Below, one piece after another: positions 50,442 through 59,726 of a DNA stretch of 64,000 bases. Both the position numbers and the translations under genes were made by a program. A model generated the notes under the pieces. That model was given only the letters and a program-made list of their open reading frames with translations. It made no database searches and was not told the DNA's origin. Each line of letters begins with the position of its first letter. The first letter of the stretch is position 1. This DNA comes from Planctomycetaceae bacterium (lineage in GTDB: Bacteria > Planctomycetota > Planctomycetia > Pirellulales > UBA1268): positions 2,331 through 66,330 of the forward strand of contig CANKIK010000007.1 of the NCBI GenBank assembly GCA_947481985.1. The letters are read 5' to 3'.

Positions 50442-51239
50442 TTAGGTGAGTTTTGCCAGCAGCGTCGGATCGAAGGGGGGGAATTTCGGGTCGAGCCGCT
50501 CAAGGGTCTGCCGCACGAGCCTGGCGACGACGAGATTCCGGTACCACTTGCGGTTGGCGGGGACGATGTGCCAAGGCGCCTCAGGAGTGTTGCACTGGCT
50601 GAGTGCATCCTCATAGGCGGCCGTGAAGTCATCCCACAACTTTCGATCCTCTAAGTCCGCCGGCCCCAACTTCCACTGCTTCTTCGGATCCTTCAGCCGA
50701 TCCTCCAGGCGCTTGCGCTGCTCGTCGTGACTGATATGGAGAAAGCACTTCACGAACGTGATCCGTCCTTCGAGCAAGAGTTTTTCAAAGGCATTGATCT
50801 GGGAATAGCGTTCTTTCCAAATGTGCTTGGCCACCAACTTGCGGACGCGAACCACCACGACGTCTTCGTAGTGGGAGCGATTGAAGATGCCGATCCGTCC
50901 ATGGGCAGGCACCTTGGCATGAACTCGCCAGAGGAAGTCGTGGGACAGTTCCAGGGAACTCGGGGCCTTGAAACTGGCGACGTCTAGGCACTGCGGGCTG
51001 ATCCCGCTGGCGAGCATGCGGATCGTGCCATCCTTGCCTGAGGTATCGATCCCCTGGAGGACCACCACCACCGCCCGCTGCGACTCGGCAAACAACCGGT
51101 AGGCCAGTTCGTCGAGTTTCTCACAGTGGCCGCGAGTCTCCGCTTCTGCCGCCTCCTTCTCGAGGCCCTCGTGGAAGCCGGCATCGTAGTCGGCGAGCCG
51201 GCAGGGGGTGCCGGGGGAAAACTGCAGCGGTTGCGTCAT
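50442..51239 (-). CDS. ppk2: Polyphosphate kinase 2 family protein (class III-like)
   Basis: LQGIDTSGKDGTIR, FKAPS, HDFLWR, FNRSHYEDV, APWHIVPANRKWYR; ATG 51239. Confidence 0.92.
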   Translation of the reverse strand: MTQPLQFSPGTPCRLADYDAGFHEGLEKEAAEAETRGHCEKLDELAYRLFAESQRAVVVVLQGIDTSGKDGTIRMLASGISPQCLDVASFKAPSSLELSHDFLWRVHAKVPAHGRIGIFNRSHYEDVVVVRVRKLVAKHIWKERYSQINAFEKLLLEGRITFVKCFLHISHDEQRKRLEDRLKDPKKQWKLGPADLEDRKLWDDFTAAYEDALSQCNTPEAPWHIVPANRKWYRNLVVARLVRQTLERLDPKFPPFDPTLLAKLT

Positions 51240-51471
51240 GAAAGGCTCGTCAAGCGGCACCGGGAATATCCCCGGATCCACCCCGGGAAAACCGGGGCCG
51301 CGACGGCCACCCCGGCAGCGTTCAGCCGGTGAGTCTAGCAGGCCGGAGGGAAAGTCCTCCCGGGGGCGACCTCAGCCACCGCCGACGCCCCGTTCCAAGG
51401 TCGACTGCCGGCCCGACGGCGGACGAGCACGGCCTCGGGCATCGCGGCCGACTGGCGGAAAGCCGGTCGGC

Positions 51472-51519
51472 TCAGCCGCCATCAGCCGCCATCAGCCGCC
51501 ATCAGCCGCCATCAGCCGC
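51472..51519. repeat. 10-bp tandem repeat (ATCAGCCGCC) x~4.8
   Basis: tcagccgcc atcagccgcc atcagccgcc atcagccgcc atcagccgc; the last copy contains the stop codon of the 51512..51841 ORF. Confidence 0.85.
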
Positions 51520-51841
51520 GAGGAGCACCGAAGAACAGCGCCCGCGAACTGACGGCCCGCTGCCGGCGCCGAATTCTCGGGGCGGAAATCATCCCGGCGG
51601 AAAACACGTCGGAGGCGAGCACCGGATCGACCTCGCACTCCCCCGGCAGCACCTCGTCAATGGCGCCGAGCGCCTCCATCTCCTCAAACCCCAGCACATC
51701 GGCACCGGGAGCGGCCAGCACGTCGGCGATGGACCGGACCCCCGTCGCCCGGACGGTGCACTGGTCCCCCCCGACATTCACCACGAACGTGGCGGCGTGG
51801 GAGGCGGGACGGGTGTTGGCAGTGATCGGGGTGGCTGGCAT
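51512..51841 (-). CDS. Small hypothetical protein (109 aa)
   Basis: GGGAGA RBS before ATG 51841 and an upstream extended -10; acidic core (GFEEMEALGAIDEVLPGECEVD) and basic tail. Confidence 0.55.
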   Translation of the reverse strand: MPATPITANTRPASHAATFVVNVGGDQCTVRATGVRSIADVLAAPGADVLGFEEMEALGAIDEVLPGECEVDPVLASDVFSAGMISAPRIRRRQRAVSSRALFFGAPRG

Positions 51842-51975
51842 GGCATGGTCTCCCGTGGGAAAGGGCCCGCCCCTTTTTTTGTAGGCGTTCCCGGCATGGC
51901 ATCCTGGAGTGCAATCGCTGCGCCGAACCGAATCGAAAAATCGAAACCCCGCCTTGGCTGCTGAACATCTTCCCC

Positions 51976-51984
51976 ATTCTACCA
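51976..51984 (-). promoter_or_regulatory. Extended -10 promoter (TGGTAGAAT) for the small ORF
   Basis: Minus strand ttggtagaat, about 135 bp upstream of ATG 51841. Confidence 0.45.
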
Positions 51985-52175
51985 AGTCGTCCACCACGGG
52001 CCGTCATCCGGTGCCACCTACCAGCGTCCCGTGCAGATCCTGCAACAGGCCCGGAACATGGGCCGCTTGAGGGGAATAAGCGGCCTGCAATTTCTTCCAT
52101 CGTCACGACGGCACGCAATCCTGCAGAGCGGGCAAACGAGGGGGTGATGGTACCGGGAGCGCAAAGCCTGACGGC

Positions 52176-53051
52176 TCAATCGCCCGAGCCCGCACCATTC
52201 CCATCGGGACCAGCCCCCTCATCCCGGGAGAGGTCGCGCCGCTGCTGGGCTCCCGTTGGATCATCGATCAAGTCCTCGATCTCTGGGCCAATGCCCTGCG
52301 CGCCGGCCACCAGTCCATCGGCGGAGCGCGTCCGCATCCGATCCCGGAGCCTGGCGGCCAGTTCGTAGTCCTCGGCCTTCACCGCGTCGGTGAGCTGCTC
52401 CTCGAGTGTCCTCCCCACCTCATACCGCTCGCGAACGCTCTCCCGCATCTGTTCAAGCCTGCGGACGAGTTCGTCATCAGAGAACTGCTCGGCGGCGTCG
52501 TATTTGGCGAACAGGTCGCGGAATTGGTCGAGACCGACGTTGATCTCCCGGATCGCCGAGGCGGCATCCTTCTCTTCGAGCGTTGCCAAGGCGGTAGCCT
52601 GAACGCGATGAAACAGCACGAAGGGCCTGTACTGCTCGTGGGACAACGTCCACTCGTCGTCCGGGGAATGCTCGCGGACGAAATCCATGAATGACAGACT
52701 GTGGTCGGCATCCCTGGCGGCACGACGGTATTCGCGGAGTGACAGCCAACAGATCCGCCGATGGTAGTACTGAACGAACTCCCGATCGGCCTCGATACAC
52801 TGCTCCTTCGTCAGCCGGAACGACCCGCCGACCCGCACCGCCTCCCCGACGAGATAATCAAAGTAAGTCTCCGCACCGTGGGGGTGGAGTCCGTCGGGCC
52901 GCAGGTCGGTCTCCATCTGGAGAACCCCCATGTCGACGCGCATCTGGAGCACGTCGCGACCGTTGCGGGCCTTCACCAGGCGGGCGCTCACCTCACCAGG
53001 CTGGAACTCCCAGCCACGGAGCAGGGCATCGATGTCACGGGAAACTGCCAT
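52176..53051 (-). CDS. UvrB/UvrC (UVR) motif-containing protein, planctomycete-type
   Basis: GRDVLQMRVDMGVLQME..RPDG..PHG, DREFVQYYHRR, C-terminal L..AVKAEDYELAARLRD UVR motif. Confidence 0.85.
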   Translation of the reverse strand: MAVSRDIDALLRGWEFQPGEVSARLVKARNGRDVLQMRVDMGVLQMETDLRPDGLHPHGAETYFDYLVGEAVRVGGSFRLTKEQCIEADREFVQYYHRRICWLSLREYRRAARDADHSLSFMDFVREHSPDDEWTLSHEQYRPFVLFHRVQATALATLEEKDAASAIREINVGLDQFRDLFAKYDAAEQFSDDELVRRLEQMRESVRERYEVGRTLEEQLTDAVKAEDYELAARLRDRMRTRSADGLVAGAQGIGPEIEDLIDDPTGAQQRRDLSRDEGAGPDGNGAGSGD

Positions 53052-53105
53052 GAACGGTCACCTCGGGATTCGTCAGCCGGGAACTGACTCGTCCCAGCAC
53101 GGGTG

Positions 53106-53114
53106 ATTATAGCA
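53106..53114 (-). promoter_or_regulatory. Extended -10 promoter (TGCTATAAT) for the UVR-motif gene
   Basis: Minus strand tgctataat, about 55 bp upstream of ATG 53051. Confidence 0.55.
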
Positions 53115-53142
53115 ACGCCGCACCGGGCAACCGCCGCGTGGG

Positions 53143-53577
53143 TCAATCCGCCGGGCGACCTCGCAGCGCCTTGGTGGCGCCGCGACGCTTCTTTCCGTCG
53201 AGTCTTCTCGCGATCGCCCGCCGTGGCACCTTCGTCCGCCGGCGGACACGCGGCGGCCGCACAGCACGCTCCAGCAATGCGGACAGTTTCGCCAAGCAGT
53301 CGGCGATGTTCTGTGGTTGATCGCGGAACCGCTGGCTGGTGATGATCAGATGCCCCTCGTTGGTGAGTTGGGGCGCCACCAGTGCCAGAAACCGACGGCG
53401 GACGGCCTCCGGCAGGTGGGTGGTGTGCCGGGCGTCAAACCGCAGCATCGCCTTGGTACTGGTGCGGTTGACATGCTGGCCCCCAGGACCACTGCTGCGG
53501 GCGAACTGCCAGTCGAGGGCATCGGCAGGGATGACGATCGCCCCATCACCAAGCCTGATTTCCTTCTCGCGTGCCAT
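53143..53577 (-). CDS. arfB: Alternative ribosome rescue peptidyl-tRNA hydrolase
   Basis: FARSSGPGGQHVN (GGQ), SQRFRDQ..N, basic C-terminal tail RRRTK..RRLDGKKRRG..K. Confidence 0.92.
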   Translation of the reverse strand: MAREKEIRLGDGAIVIPADALDWQFARSSGPGGQHVNRTSTKAMLRFDARHTTHLPEAVRRRFLALVAPQLTNEGHLIITSQRFRDQPQNIADCLAKLSALLERAVRPPRVRRRTKVPRRAIARRLDGKKRRGATKALRGRPAD

Positions 53578-53674
53578 GTGGAGTACCCTGGGAATGTTCG
53601 CAATGGTGTACGCGATTCCCCGCCGGACGGGAATCTCCATCGAGGCTTTCGGCGTCCCCGAGCCAGGAAATGCC

Positions 53675-55087
53675 ATGGTCCACTCCCTTTCTCGAGCCGC
53701 CGCGATCCTCTGCCTCTGGCTTCCGCTCGCCGCCGCCGGGGCGCGGGCCGCTGACGACCCGCCGCCAGCCGCCGATCTGGCCAGCCGCAGCGGCGAGGAC
53801 TGGGGAACATTCCTCGGTCCTGAGGGGACGGGAAGGAGCAGCCTCACGGGGATGGCGGTGCCGTGGCCAAAAGAGGGACCGCGAGTCGTGTGGCATGCCG
53901 CGATCGGGGAGGGCTACTGCGGCCCGGCCGTGGCACTGGGGCGGGCGCTGCTCTTCGACCGCGTTGGTGACTCAATCCGACTCCGTGCGCTGGAGGCGGA
54001 GACGGGCCGGCCGCTGTGGGAACAGAGCCGGCCGGTGACATACCGCGATTCCTTCGGGTATGACGGCGGCCCCCGCTGTCAGCCGGTGGTGGCCGGCGGG
54101 CGCGTGCTGCTGTTTGGTCCCGATGGGCTCCTCGAATGCCGCGCCTTGGCCGACGGGCGGCTGCTCTGGGAGGTGGACACCGCGGCCACCTTCCACGTCG
54201 TGCAGAACTTCTTCGGAGTTGGCGCCGCACCGCTGGTGGTCGAGGCCGGAGGGAAGAGTCTGGTGATCGTGCAGGTCGGGGGGAGCCCCGCAGGAATCCT
54301 CCCGCCCGCCCCAGAGCGGCTCGATGCGGTCAAGGGGCTGGACAGTGGACTGGTGGCCTTTGATCTGGCCGATGGCAAGGAGGTCTGGCGAGCATCGGAC
54401 CAACTCGCCAGTTACAGCACGCCGGTGCTTGCCAAGCTCGGCGGAAAGGAGAGGATTCTGGCCTGGATGCGGAACACGCTGGTGGTCGTGGAACCGACCA
54501 GCGGCACGCTCCTGGACAGCTTCCGCTGGCGGGCCGATGAACTTTTCAGCGTCAACGCGGCAAGCCCCGTGGTGGCTGGCGAAAAGGTACTCCTCTCCGA
54601 GACATACGGCCCTGGGAGCGTCCTGTTGGCGGCCGAGAGTGGGGGGGAAGAGGGAGCCCTGCGGCTCCAGGAAGTCCGCCGTGATCGGGCCGGATCCCGC
54701 CCCCGGCAAGCGCTCAAGGCCCACTGGGCGACTCCAGTCCAATGCGACGGGTATGTCTACGGATCAAGCGGCCGCAATGCAGGGGACGCGTTGTTGGTGT
54801 GCGTCAACTTCAACAGCGGGGCCGTCGGTTGGAGTGCGCCTGGGCTGGGGCGGTCGAGTATCACCCTCGTCGACGGCCACCTGCTGGTGCTGGGCGAATA
54901 CGGCGACTTGGTACTGGTCCAGGCGACTCCGCAGCAGTACAGCGAAATCTCTCGCGCCCGTCCTCTCGATGCCACCAGCGGCAAGGAGTTGCTCGCACCT
55001 CCCTGCTGGGCAGCACCGGTGGTGGCCCGTGGTCTGCTCTATGTCCGTGGCGCCGGCAGGGTCGCCTGCCTGGAACTCACTCCATAG
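53675..55087 (+). CDS. PQQ-binding-like beta-propeller exported protein
   Basis: Signal peptide; EDWGTFLGP, GEGYCGP, ETGRPLW, ASYSTP, CWAAPVV; ATG 53675. Confidence 0.88.
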   Translation: MVHSLSRAAAILCLWLPLAAAGARAADDPPPAADLASRSGEDWGTFLGPEGTGRSSLTGMAVPWPKEGPRVVWHAAIGEGYCGPAVALGRALLFDRVGDSIRLRALEAETGRPLWEQSRPVTYRDSFGYDGGPRCQPVVAGGRVLLFGPDGLLECRALADGRLLWEVDTAATFHVVQNFFGVGAAPLVVEAGGKSLVIVQVGGSPAGILPPAPERLDAVKGLDSGLVAFDLADGKEVWRASDQLASYSTPVLAKLGGKERILAWMRNTLVVVEPTSGTLLDSFRWRADELFSVNAASPVVAGEKVLLSETYGPGSVLLAAESGGEEGALRLQEVRRDRAGSRPRQALKAHWATPVQCDGYVYGSSGRNAGDALLVCVNFNSGAVGWSAPGLGRSSITLVDGHLLVLGEYGDLVLVQATPQQYSEISRARPLDATSGKELLAPPCWAAPVVARGLLYVRGAGRVACLELTP

Positions 55088-55334
55088 CCCTCGCCGCCCG
55101 TGGAAAAAGTCTCCTCTCGAGCAGGCCACGCCGGGGAGTGAAATCTGCTTGGGCTCCGCATGCTGTCACGCTCCGCGGATCCCGTTTTTCGGCGCGGAGA
55201 GCGCTACTCTCGGCCGCCAGCATGTTCTCTTGCCACCGCTGGCGGTGCCGCCGCATACTTCGCCCCAGCCTGAAGGAAATCGCTCCGCCGCGGCACTCCG
55301 CGGGCTCCGTTGTTAGGAGACCGACTGGATCACC

Positions 55335-56243
55335 ATGTTGCACGCATCCATCAGCGAACTGACAACGCTCCGCTGGGATCTCGCCACGGAGATCGAGCAT
55401 CTCTCGAGACACTCGTTCAACGCGGTGTCCCTCTGGAGGACAAAGCTCTCCGACGTGGGAGCCGACGTGGGCCGGCGGCTCCTTCAAAACGCTGGCATCC
55501 GCGTCTCCAGCCTGCAATGGGCCGGCGGCTTCACCGGCAGCGACGGACGCTCCCACATTGAGAGCATCGACGATGCCTTGGAGGCAATCGAGACCGCCGC
55601 CGCCGTCGGGACCAGAGTGCTCCTCGTTCACACCGGCTGCCGCGGGGGCCACACGCTGCGGCATGCCAACAGACTGCTGCAGGGGGCGTTCAACGTGCTC
55701 GCGCCCGCGGCGTATGAGCGCGGAGTGACACTGGCCGTCAAGCCCTTCCATCACGGTGCGGCGGTGGGATGTGGCTTCCTCACCCGACTTCCCACCGCGA
55801 TTGAATGGGTGGAGCGTTTTGAGCATCCGGCAGTGCGGCTGGTGCTCGATCTTTGGCAGTTCGGTCACGACCCCGGCCTGCTGCAATCGCTCTTCCCCCA
55901 ACTGGTTCCCCTGTTGGCGCTGGTGCAGGTGGCCGACTCCCATGGAGCTCCTACCACCGACAGGGAACGGCTTCCCCCCGGACTGGGACAATTGCCGCTG
56001 GAAAACCTGGTCGCCGAACTGATCGAGTTTGGCTACAGAGGGGACATTGAATTCAAATTGGTCGGGGAGACCGTCGAGGCAATGGGCTACGACCAAGTGC
56101 TCCGGCAGGCCCGCCTCACCGCCGACCGATGGGCGCGGGCAGTGCGTCTGCCGGCGACGCGACAGGGGGATCGGACTGCGGACGGACACCGGGCGATCGT
56201 GGGGATGCACGACCTCCCGGCTGCGATCCGCGGCGTCGGCTGA
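55335..56243 (+). CDS. Sugar phosphate isomerase/epimerase (xylose isomerase-like TIM barrel), metal ligands apparently substituted
   Basis: SSLQWAGGFTGSDG, LAVKP, VLDLWQ, VQVAD, RLPPG.G..PL, GYRG; AGGAG RBS. Confidence 0.8.
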   Translation: MLHASISELTTLRWDLATEIEHLSRHSFNAVSLWRTKLSDVGADVGRRLLQNAGIRVSSLQWAGGFTGSDGRSHIESIDDALEAIETAAAVGTRVLLVHTGCRGGHTLRHANRLLQGAFNVLAPAAYERGVTLAVKPFHHGAAVGCGFLTRLPTAIEWVERFEHPAVRLVLDLWQFGHDPGLLQSLFPQLVPLLALVQVADSHGAPTTDRERLPPGLGQLPLENLVAELIEFGYRGDIEFKLVGETVEAMGYDQVLRQARLTADRWARAVRLPATRQGDRTADGHRAIVGMHDLPAAIRGVG

Positions 56244-56264
56244 GTCTGGGGCCGCCGCATCCGC

Positions 56265-57278
56265 TCAGCGTTCACCGGGGATGCGGAGATCCCATGCTTC
56301 CAGCCATTCCACTTCCACCGGCTCCATGCTGAAATCGTTCCGCAGACGGTGGTCGAAGTCGTCCATGTGGGCCGCTCCGTAGAAGATTGCCATTCGCTCT
56401 TGGCCGGCGGCGATCTGCTCGGAAAGGACCTCGATGGCCGCTCCATTGCGGTCGGTGATCAGGGTCGATCCGTCCTCCCCTCCGAAGGCCGCGGTCAGCA
56501 CCTCCATGTCGGTAAACTGCTCGGCCATGATCCGGCGAAGTTTCACCTCGCGATCCTTGCCGAAGAACAGCCCCCACAAGTCACCGAAGCCCACTTCGGG
56601 CCCCGTCTGCTTGCCCCGTTGGGAGCGTTCCACCGACTCGCTCATCAGCCGGGTGAACATCGTCCACCACGATTCCCCCCGTCTGGCCATCGCCGCGTCG
56701 AATTCCTTTGGCGACATGTCGGCGTGGACGAAATTCTCCGCCGAGTAGTCGATCTGGTCGAGTTGGAATTCGAGCCCCAGCATCTTGGTCATACCGCTCT
56801 GCGCAGTACCGATAGCGCCCCCCGACTTGCGGCCCGGCTTGGGGACGCGGGCGTTGTCGGGGGCCACCAGTTCATAGAGGACCGCGTCGTAATCCTCAAA
56901 CAGCCGGTCGAGGGTGTCGTAATAGGCCCTGCTACCGAGATGCACCGCCCCCACCAGATCGACCTCGAGGGGCCTGGAACGACCGGCCGCCCGGGCTGAT
57001 TCGGCAGTTTCCCGGTAGTGAACGATCGAGGTATCAAGCGACTGCGGCCGGCGACGGGCATCGCGCGAGACGCGGAGAAACGCCACCGCATCCACCACAG
57101 GGGGAGCGGCCTCTTCGGCCTCCGCAGGAAGCGTTCCCTGCCGGGCCGCTCGAGGCCGCGACTCATCGGCCGCCAGCGGGCTCGATGCCAGGAACAGTGT
57201 TGCCAGTGTTGCCCCAACAAGGAGCACTCCCGCCCGCAGGGGCCACCGGCGGACATCCCATCCCCCCTGGATTTCCAA
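56265..57278 (-). CDS. Exported hypothetical protein, TraB/GumN-like
   Basis: VDLVGAVHLG, VLYELV, LITDRN and IFYGAAHM match the H/E/RN/H pattern of the TraB/GumN superfamily; start uncertain. Confidence 0.65.
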   Translation of the reverse strand: MEIQGGWDVRRWPLRAGVLLVGATLATLFLASSPLAADESRPRAARQGTLPAEAEEAAPPVVDAVAFLRVSRDARRRPQSLDTSIVHYRETAESARAAGRSRPLEVDLVGAVHLGSRAYYDTLDRLFEDYDAVLYELVAPDNARVPKPGRKSGGAIGTAQSGMTKMLGLEFQLDQIDYSAENFVHADMSPKEFDAAMARRGESWWTMFTRLMSESVERSQRGKQTGPEVGFGDLWGLFFGKDREVKLRRIMAEQFTDMEVLTAAFGGEDGSTLITDRNGAAIEVLSEQIAAGQERMAIFYGAAHMDDFDHRLRNDFSMEPVEVEWLEAWDLRIPGER

Positions 57279-57689
57279 GTCCCCGCTTCCAGCACCGAAG
57301 CCATCACACTCGCAGCCACCAATGCCGGTTGTGGTGGTGCCAAGATGGGGGGCACCGCAGGCAGCGGAAGGGGCGACGGAAGCCGACCGGCAGGATCGTG
57401 GGGCCACGGTCCGGAGGTGTGAGCGGGCAGTTGGCATCGGTGTTTTTCCCGTGATTCCCTGAAAAATGAGCCCGTTCCCCGACGGGCCAAGAGCCTCGCT
57501 CCGGTGGGCTCTTGCAGGATACCCGAGGTTGCCGAGCCTGCCACCATCCGAAACGGCAATACCGGTGCGGGCCCCCGAGCCGTCAGGGTTTTCCAAGATT
57601 CGTTAATTCGGACCACCGGCAGGACCGATACCAAATGAGCAATCCGCAACAGCGGAACAAACGGCTCCTGCTCCCCAGGACACATAGCG

Positions 57690-59567
57690 ATGGCTACCCC
57701 CCCCCGTGTCAAGCGTGTTTCGGGACTCGTCTCCAGACTGGCGACGATCCTCGCTCTGGCGGCACCGATCGCCCCGGCCCATGCCGGTGACTGGATGCCC
57801 CTCCTGCCGGATCAGGATTTCTACGACTTCCAACTCTTCGCTCCTCCCGATCTCCAGGAATACGAGATCTACCCCGAGCCGAGCGAGGGGATCTTCTTCT
57901 CCTACGACCGGCTGGCCTACGGCATCACCGTGCCGCGGGTGACTGGGGTGGGCACGACGCAGACCGGCCACTACATCATTCCGGTGCAGCCGATCTCGCC
58001 TGAGACCCTCGTGCAGCTCAACAACGGCAACATCCAGGCCGGGGCGGCGACCGGGGCCTCCAACGGGAGCGTGATCGGAGGTATCTACACCTTCGGGTCC
58101 GATCCGATGCAGCTCGACCTCAACACCAGCTGGATGCGAACCAAAATCTCGTGGGGCAACCGCTACGAAGGCGGCTGGATCTATGACAACCGCGGCGTGC
58201 TGCTGACCTACGCCGACCTGGGAAGCCAGTCGCAGAGTTATCAGACCAACAGCGAATTTGCCGCATCCTCCCCCACGCAGACATTCACGCAGCAGTCGGC
58301 CTCGGGAACCGGAACGACCGGCGGCATCGGCAACGCGCTGATCACCACCACGATCACCTCCACCAGCCCCCCGCCCGATCATCTCATCTCTCAGAAGCTG
58401 ATTCAGACCAACAACACCGAGATCCAAAGCGGCGGTGCGGCAATGATGATCCGCCGCGAGTTGGGCCGCCGGGGAAGCGGGACCACCGCCTCATTCACCT
58501 TCGGGCCGCGCTACGTGCAGGTCGCCGACCGCTACCACCTCGGCTATGAGAGCAATCAGTACGCCTTCAACCAATCCTCCACGGGTGGCAGCGGTGGCAA
58601 CACCAGCGGCGGCACCCAAGGCGGTGGCACCCAAGGCGGCGGCACCCAAGGTGGCGGTGGCACCCAAGGCGGCGGTGGCAACACCGGCGGCAGCCAGGGC
58701 GGCGGCAACACCGGCGGCAACCAGGGCGGCGGCCAGGGCGGCAACCAGGGCGGCGGCCAGAATGGAGCCTTTGGCAACACCGGGAACAACAACACCAGCA
58801 TCATCTATGACTCTGGCCCAGCCGGGAACGTCTTGGGAATCACCGGTGTCGATACGCTGACCGGCCAGGGCTACGGCACCGCTCTCCAGACCGGCCAGTG
58901 GCAGACCAACACCTACAACAACATGGTGGGCCCCGAGTTCGGCATGCTGTTTGAGAAGGACTGGGGCCGGTGGAGCTTCACCAGCCAGTTCAAGTTCACG
59001 GCGGCCTTCAACTGGCAGAACAACCTCTACCAGGGCTCAAACTTCCCCTCGTCGATGGGGGCCGACTACCTCCGGGCCACGTTCACGCCTTCCACGACTT
59101 ACACCTCCAGCGGCACAACGGGTGGTGCCGACGGAGGTGTCCAAAACCTCTCCGGACCGCCGCTGTTCCTGCAGATCTATGGTGTCGGCCAGAGCAACGC
59201 GACCAACGCCGCCAGCCACCAGTTTGTCTTCTCGCCGATCGGCGAATGGCGGTTCGGCGGGCAGTTCAAGGTCAGCCAGGCAATCAACCTCCGGGCTGGC
59301 TACACCGGCATGTGGCTGGGGAGCATCGCTCGGGCCTCGACCAACACCGGGTACACCAGCACGCAGAAGCCAACGCAGTACGCCGAACCGCGTGATCCGA
59401 CGGCGCCCGCCAGCCTTACCAACCCCTGGATGGTGAAGACGACCACTCCGACCGGTGCCAACGGCACCCAGCAGAGCCCAACCTACAACCGGGTCGGACC
59501 GGTGGTCGGCGGCCAGGAGTATGTGTTCACCAACGGCGTCGACTTCGGTATCGAGGTCAAGTACTGA
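57690..59567 (+). CDS. BBP7-like outer-membrane beta-barrel protein with Gly/Gln/Asn/Thr-rich insertion
   Basis: Signal peptide ending AHA; WGNRYEGG, NNMVGPEFG, INLRAGYTGMW; C-terminal beta-signal NGVDFGIEVKY. Confidence 0.75.
   Translation: MATPPRVKRVSGLVSRLATILALAAPIAPAHAGDWMPLLPDQDFYDFQLFAPPDLQEYEIYPEPSEGIFFSYDRLAYGITVPRVTGVGTTQTGHYIIPVQPISPETLVQLNNGNIQAGAATGASNGSVIGGIYTFGSDPMQLDLNTSWMRTKISWGNRYEGGWIYDNRGVLLTYADLGSQSQSYQTNSEFAASSPTQTFTQQSASGTGTTGGIGNALITTTITSTSPPPDHLISQKLIQTNNTEIQSGGAAMMIRRELGRRGSGTTASFTFGPRYVQVADRYHLGYESNQYAFNQSSTGGSGGNTSGGTQGGGTQGGGTQGGGGTQGGGGNTGGSQGGGNTGGNQGGGQGGNQGGGQNGAFGNTGNNNTSIIYDSGPAGNVLGITGVDTLTGQGYGTALQTGQWQTNTYNNMVGPEFGMLFEKDWGRWSFTSQFKFTAAFNWQNNLYQGSNFPSSMGADYLRATFTPSTTYTSSGTTGGADGGVQNLSGPPLFLQIYGVGQSNATNAASHQFVFSPIGEWRFGGQFKVSQAINLRAGYTGMWLGSIARASTNTGYTSTQKPTQYAEPRDPTAPASLTNPWMVKTTTPTGANGTQQSPTYNRVGPVVGGQEYVFTNGVDFGIEVKY
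58584..58760 (+). repeat. Intragenic degenerate tandem repeat encoding GG(G)TQ / GGNT / GGNQ units
   Basis: ggc acc caa gg x4 plus ggcaacacc and ggcaaccagggc units. Confidence 0.85.
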
Positions 59568-59606
59568 TCGCGACCTCCGTCGACGACCCACAATTCAGAT
59601 GCTGTG

Positions 59607-59651
59607 AGCGGGGTCGGAGCAAACGTGCTTCCGACCCCGCTTTCATTTTTT
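59607..59651 (+). terminator. Rho-independent terminator after the beta-barrel gene
   Basis: AGCGGGGTCGGA-loop-TCCGACCCCGCT 12-bp stem followed by TTCATTTTTT. Confidence 0.85.
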
Positions 59652-59726
59652 GCGTGGCCGTCGGTGCGGCCGGGACGGGCTGCAGGGCCGGTGAGGCCGG
59701 CGGCGGCGGCAGAGACTCGCGGTCGC

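Noticed and set aside
51472-51519. Repeats here and at 58584-58760 as a possible CRISPR array
   Set aside because: The units are 10-18 bp, contiguous and lack unique spacers; there are no cas genes.
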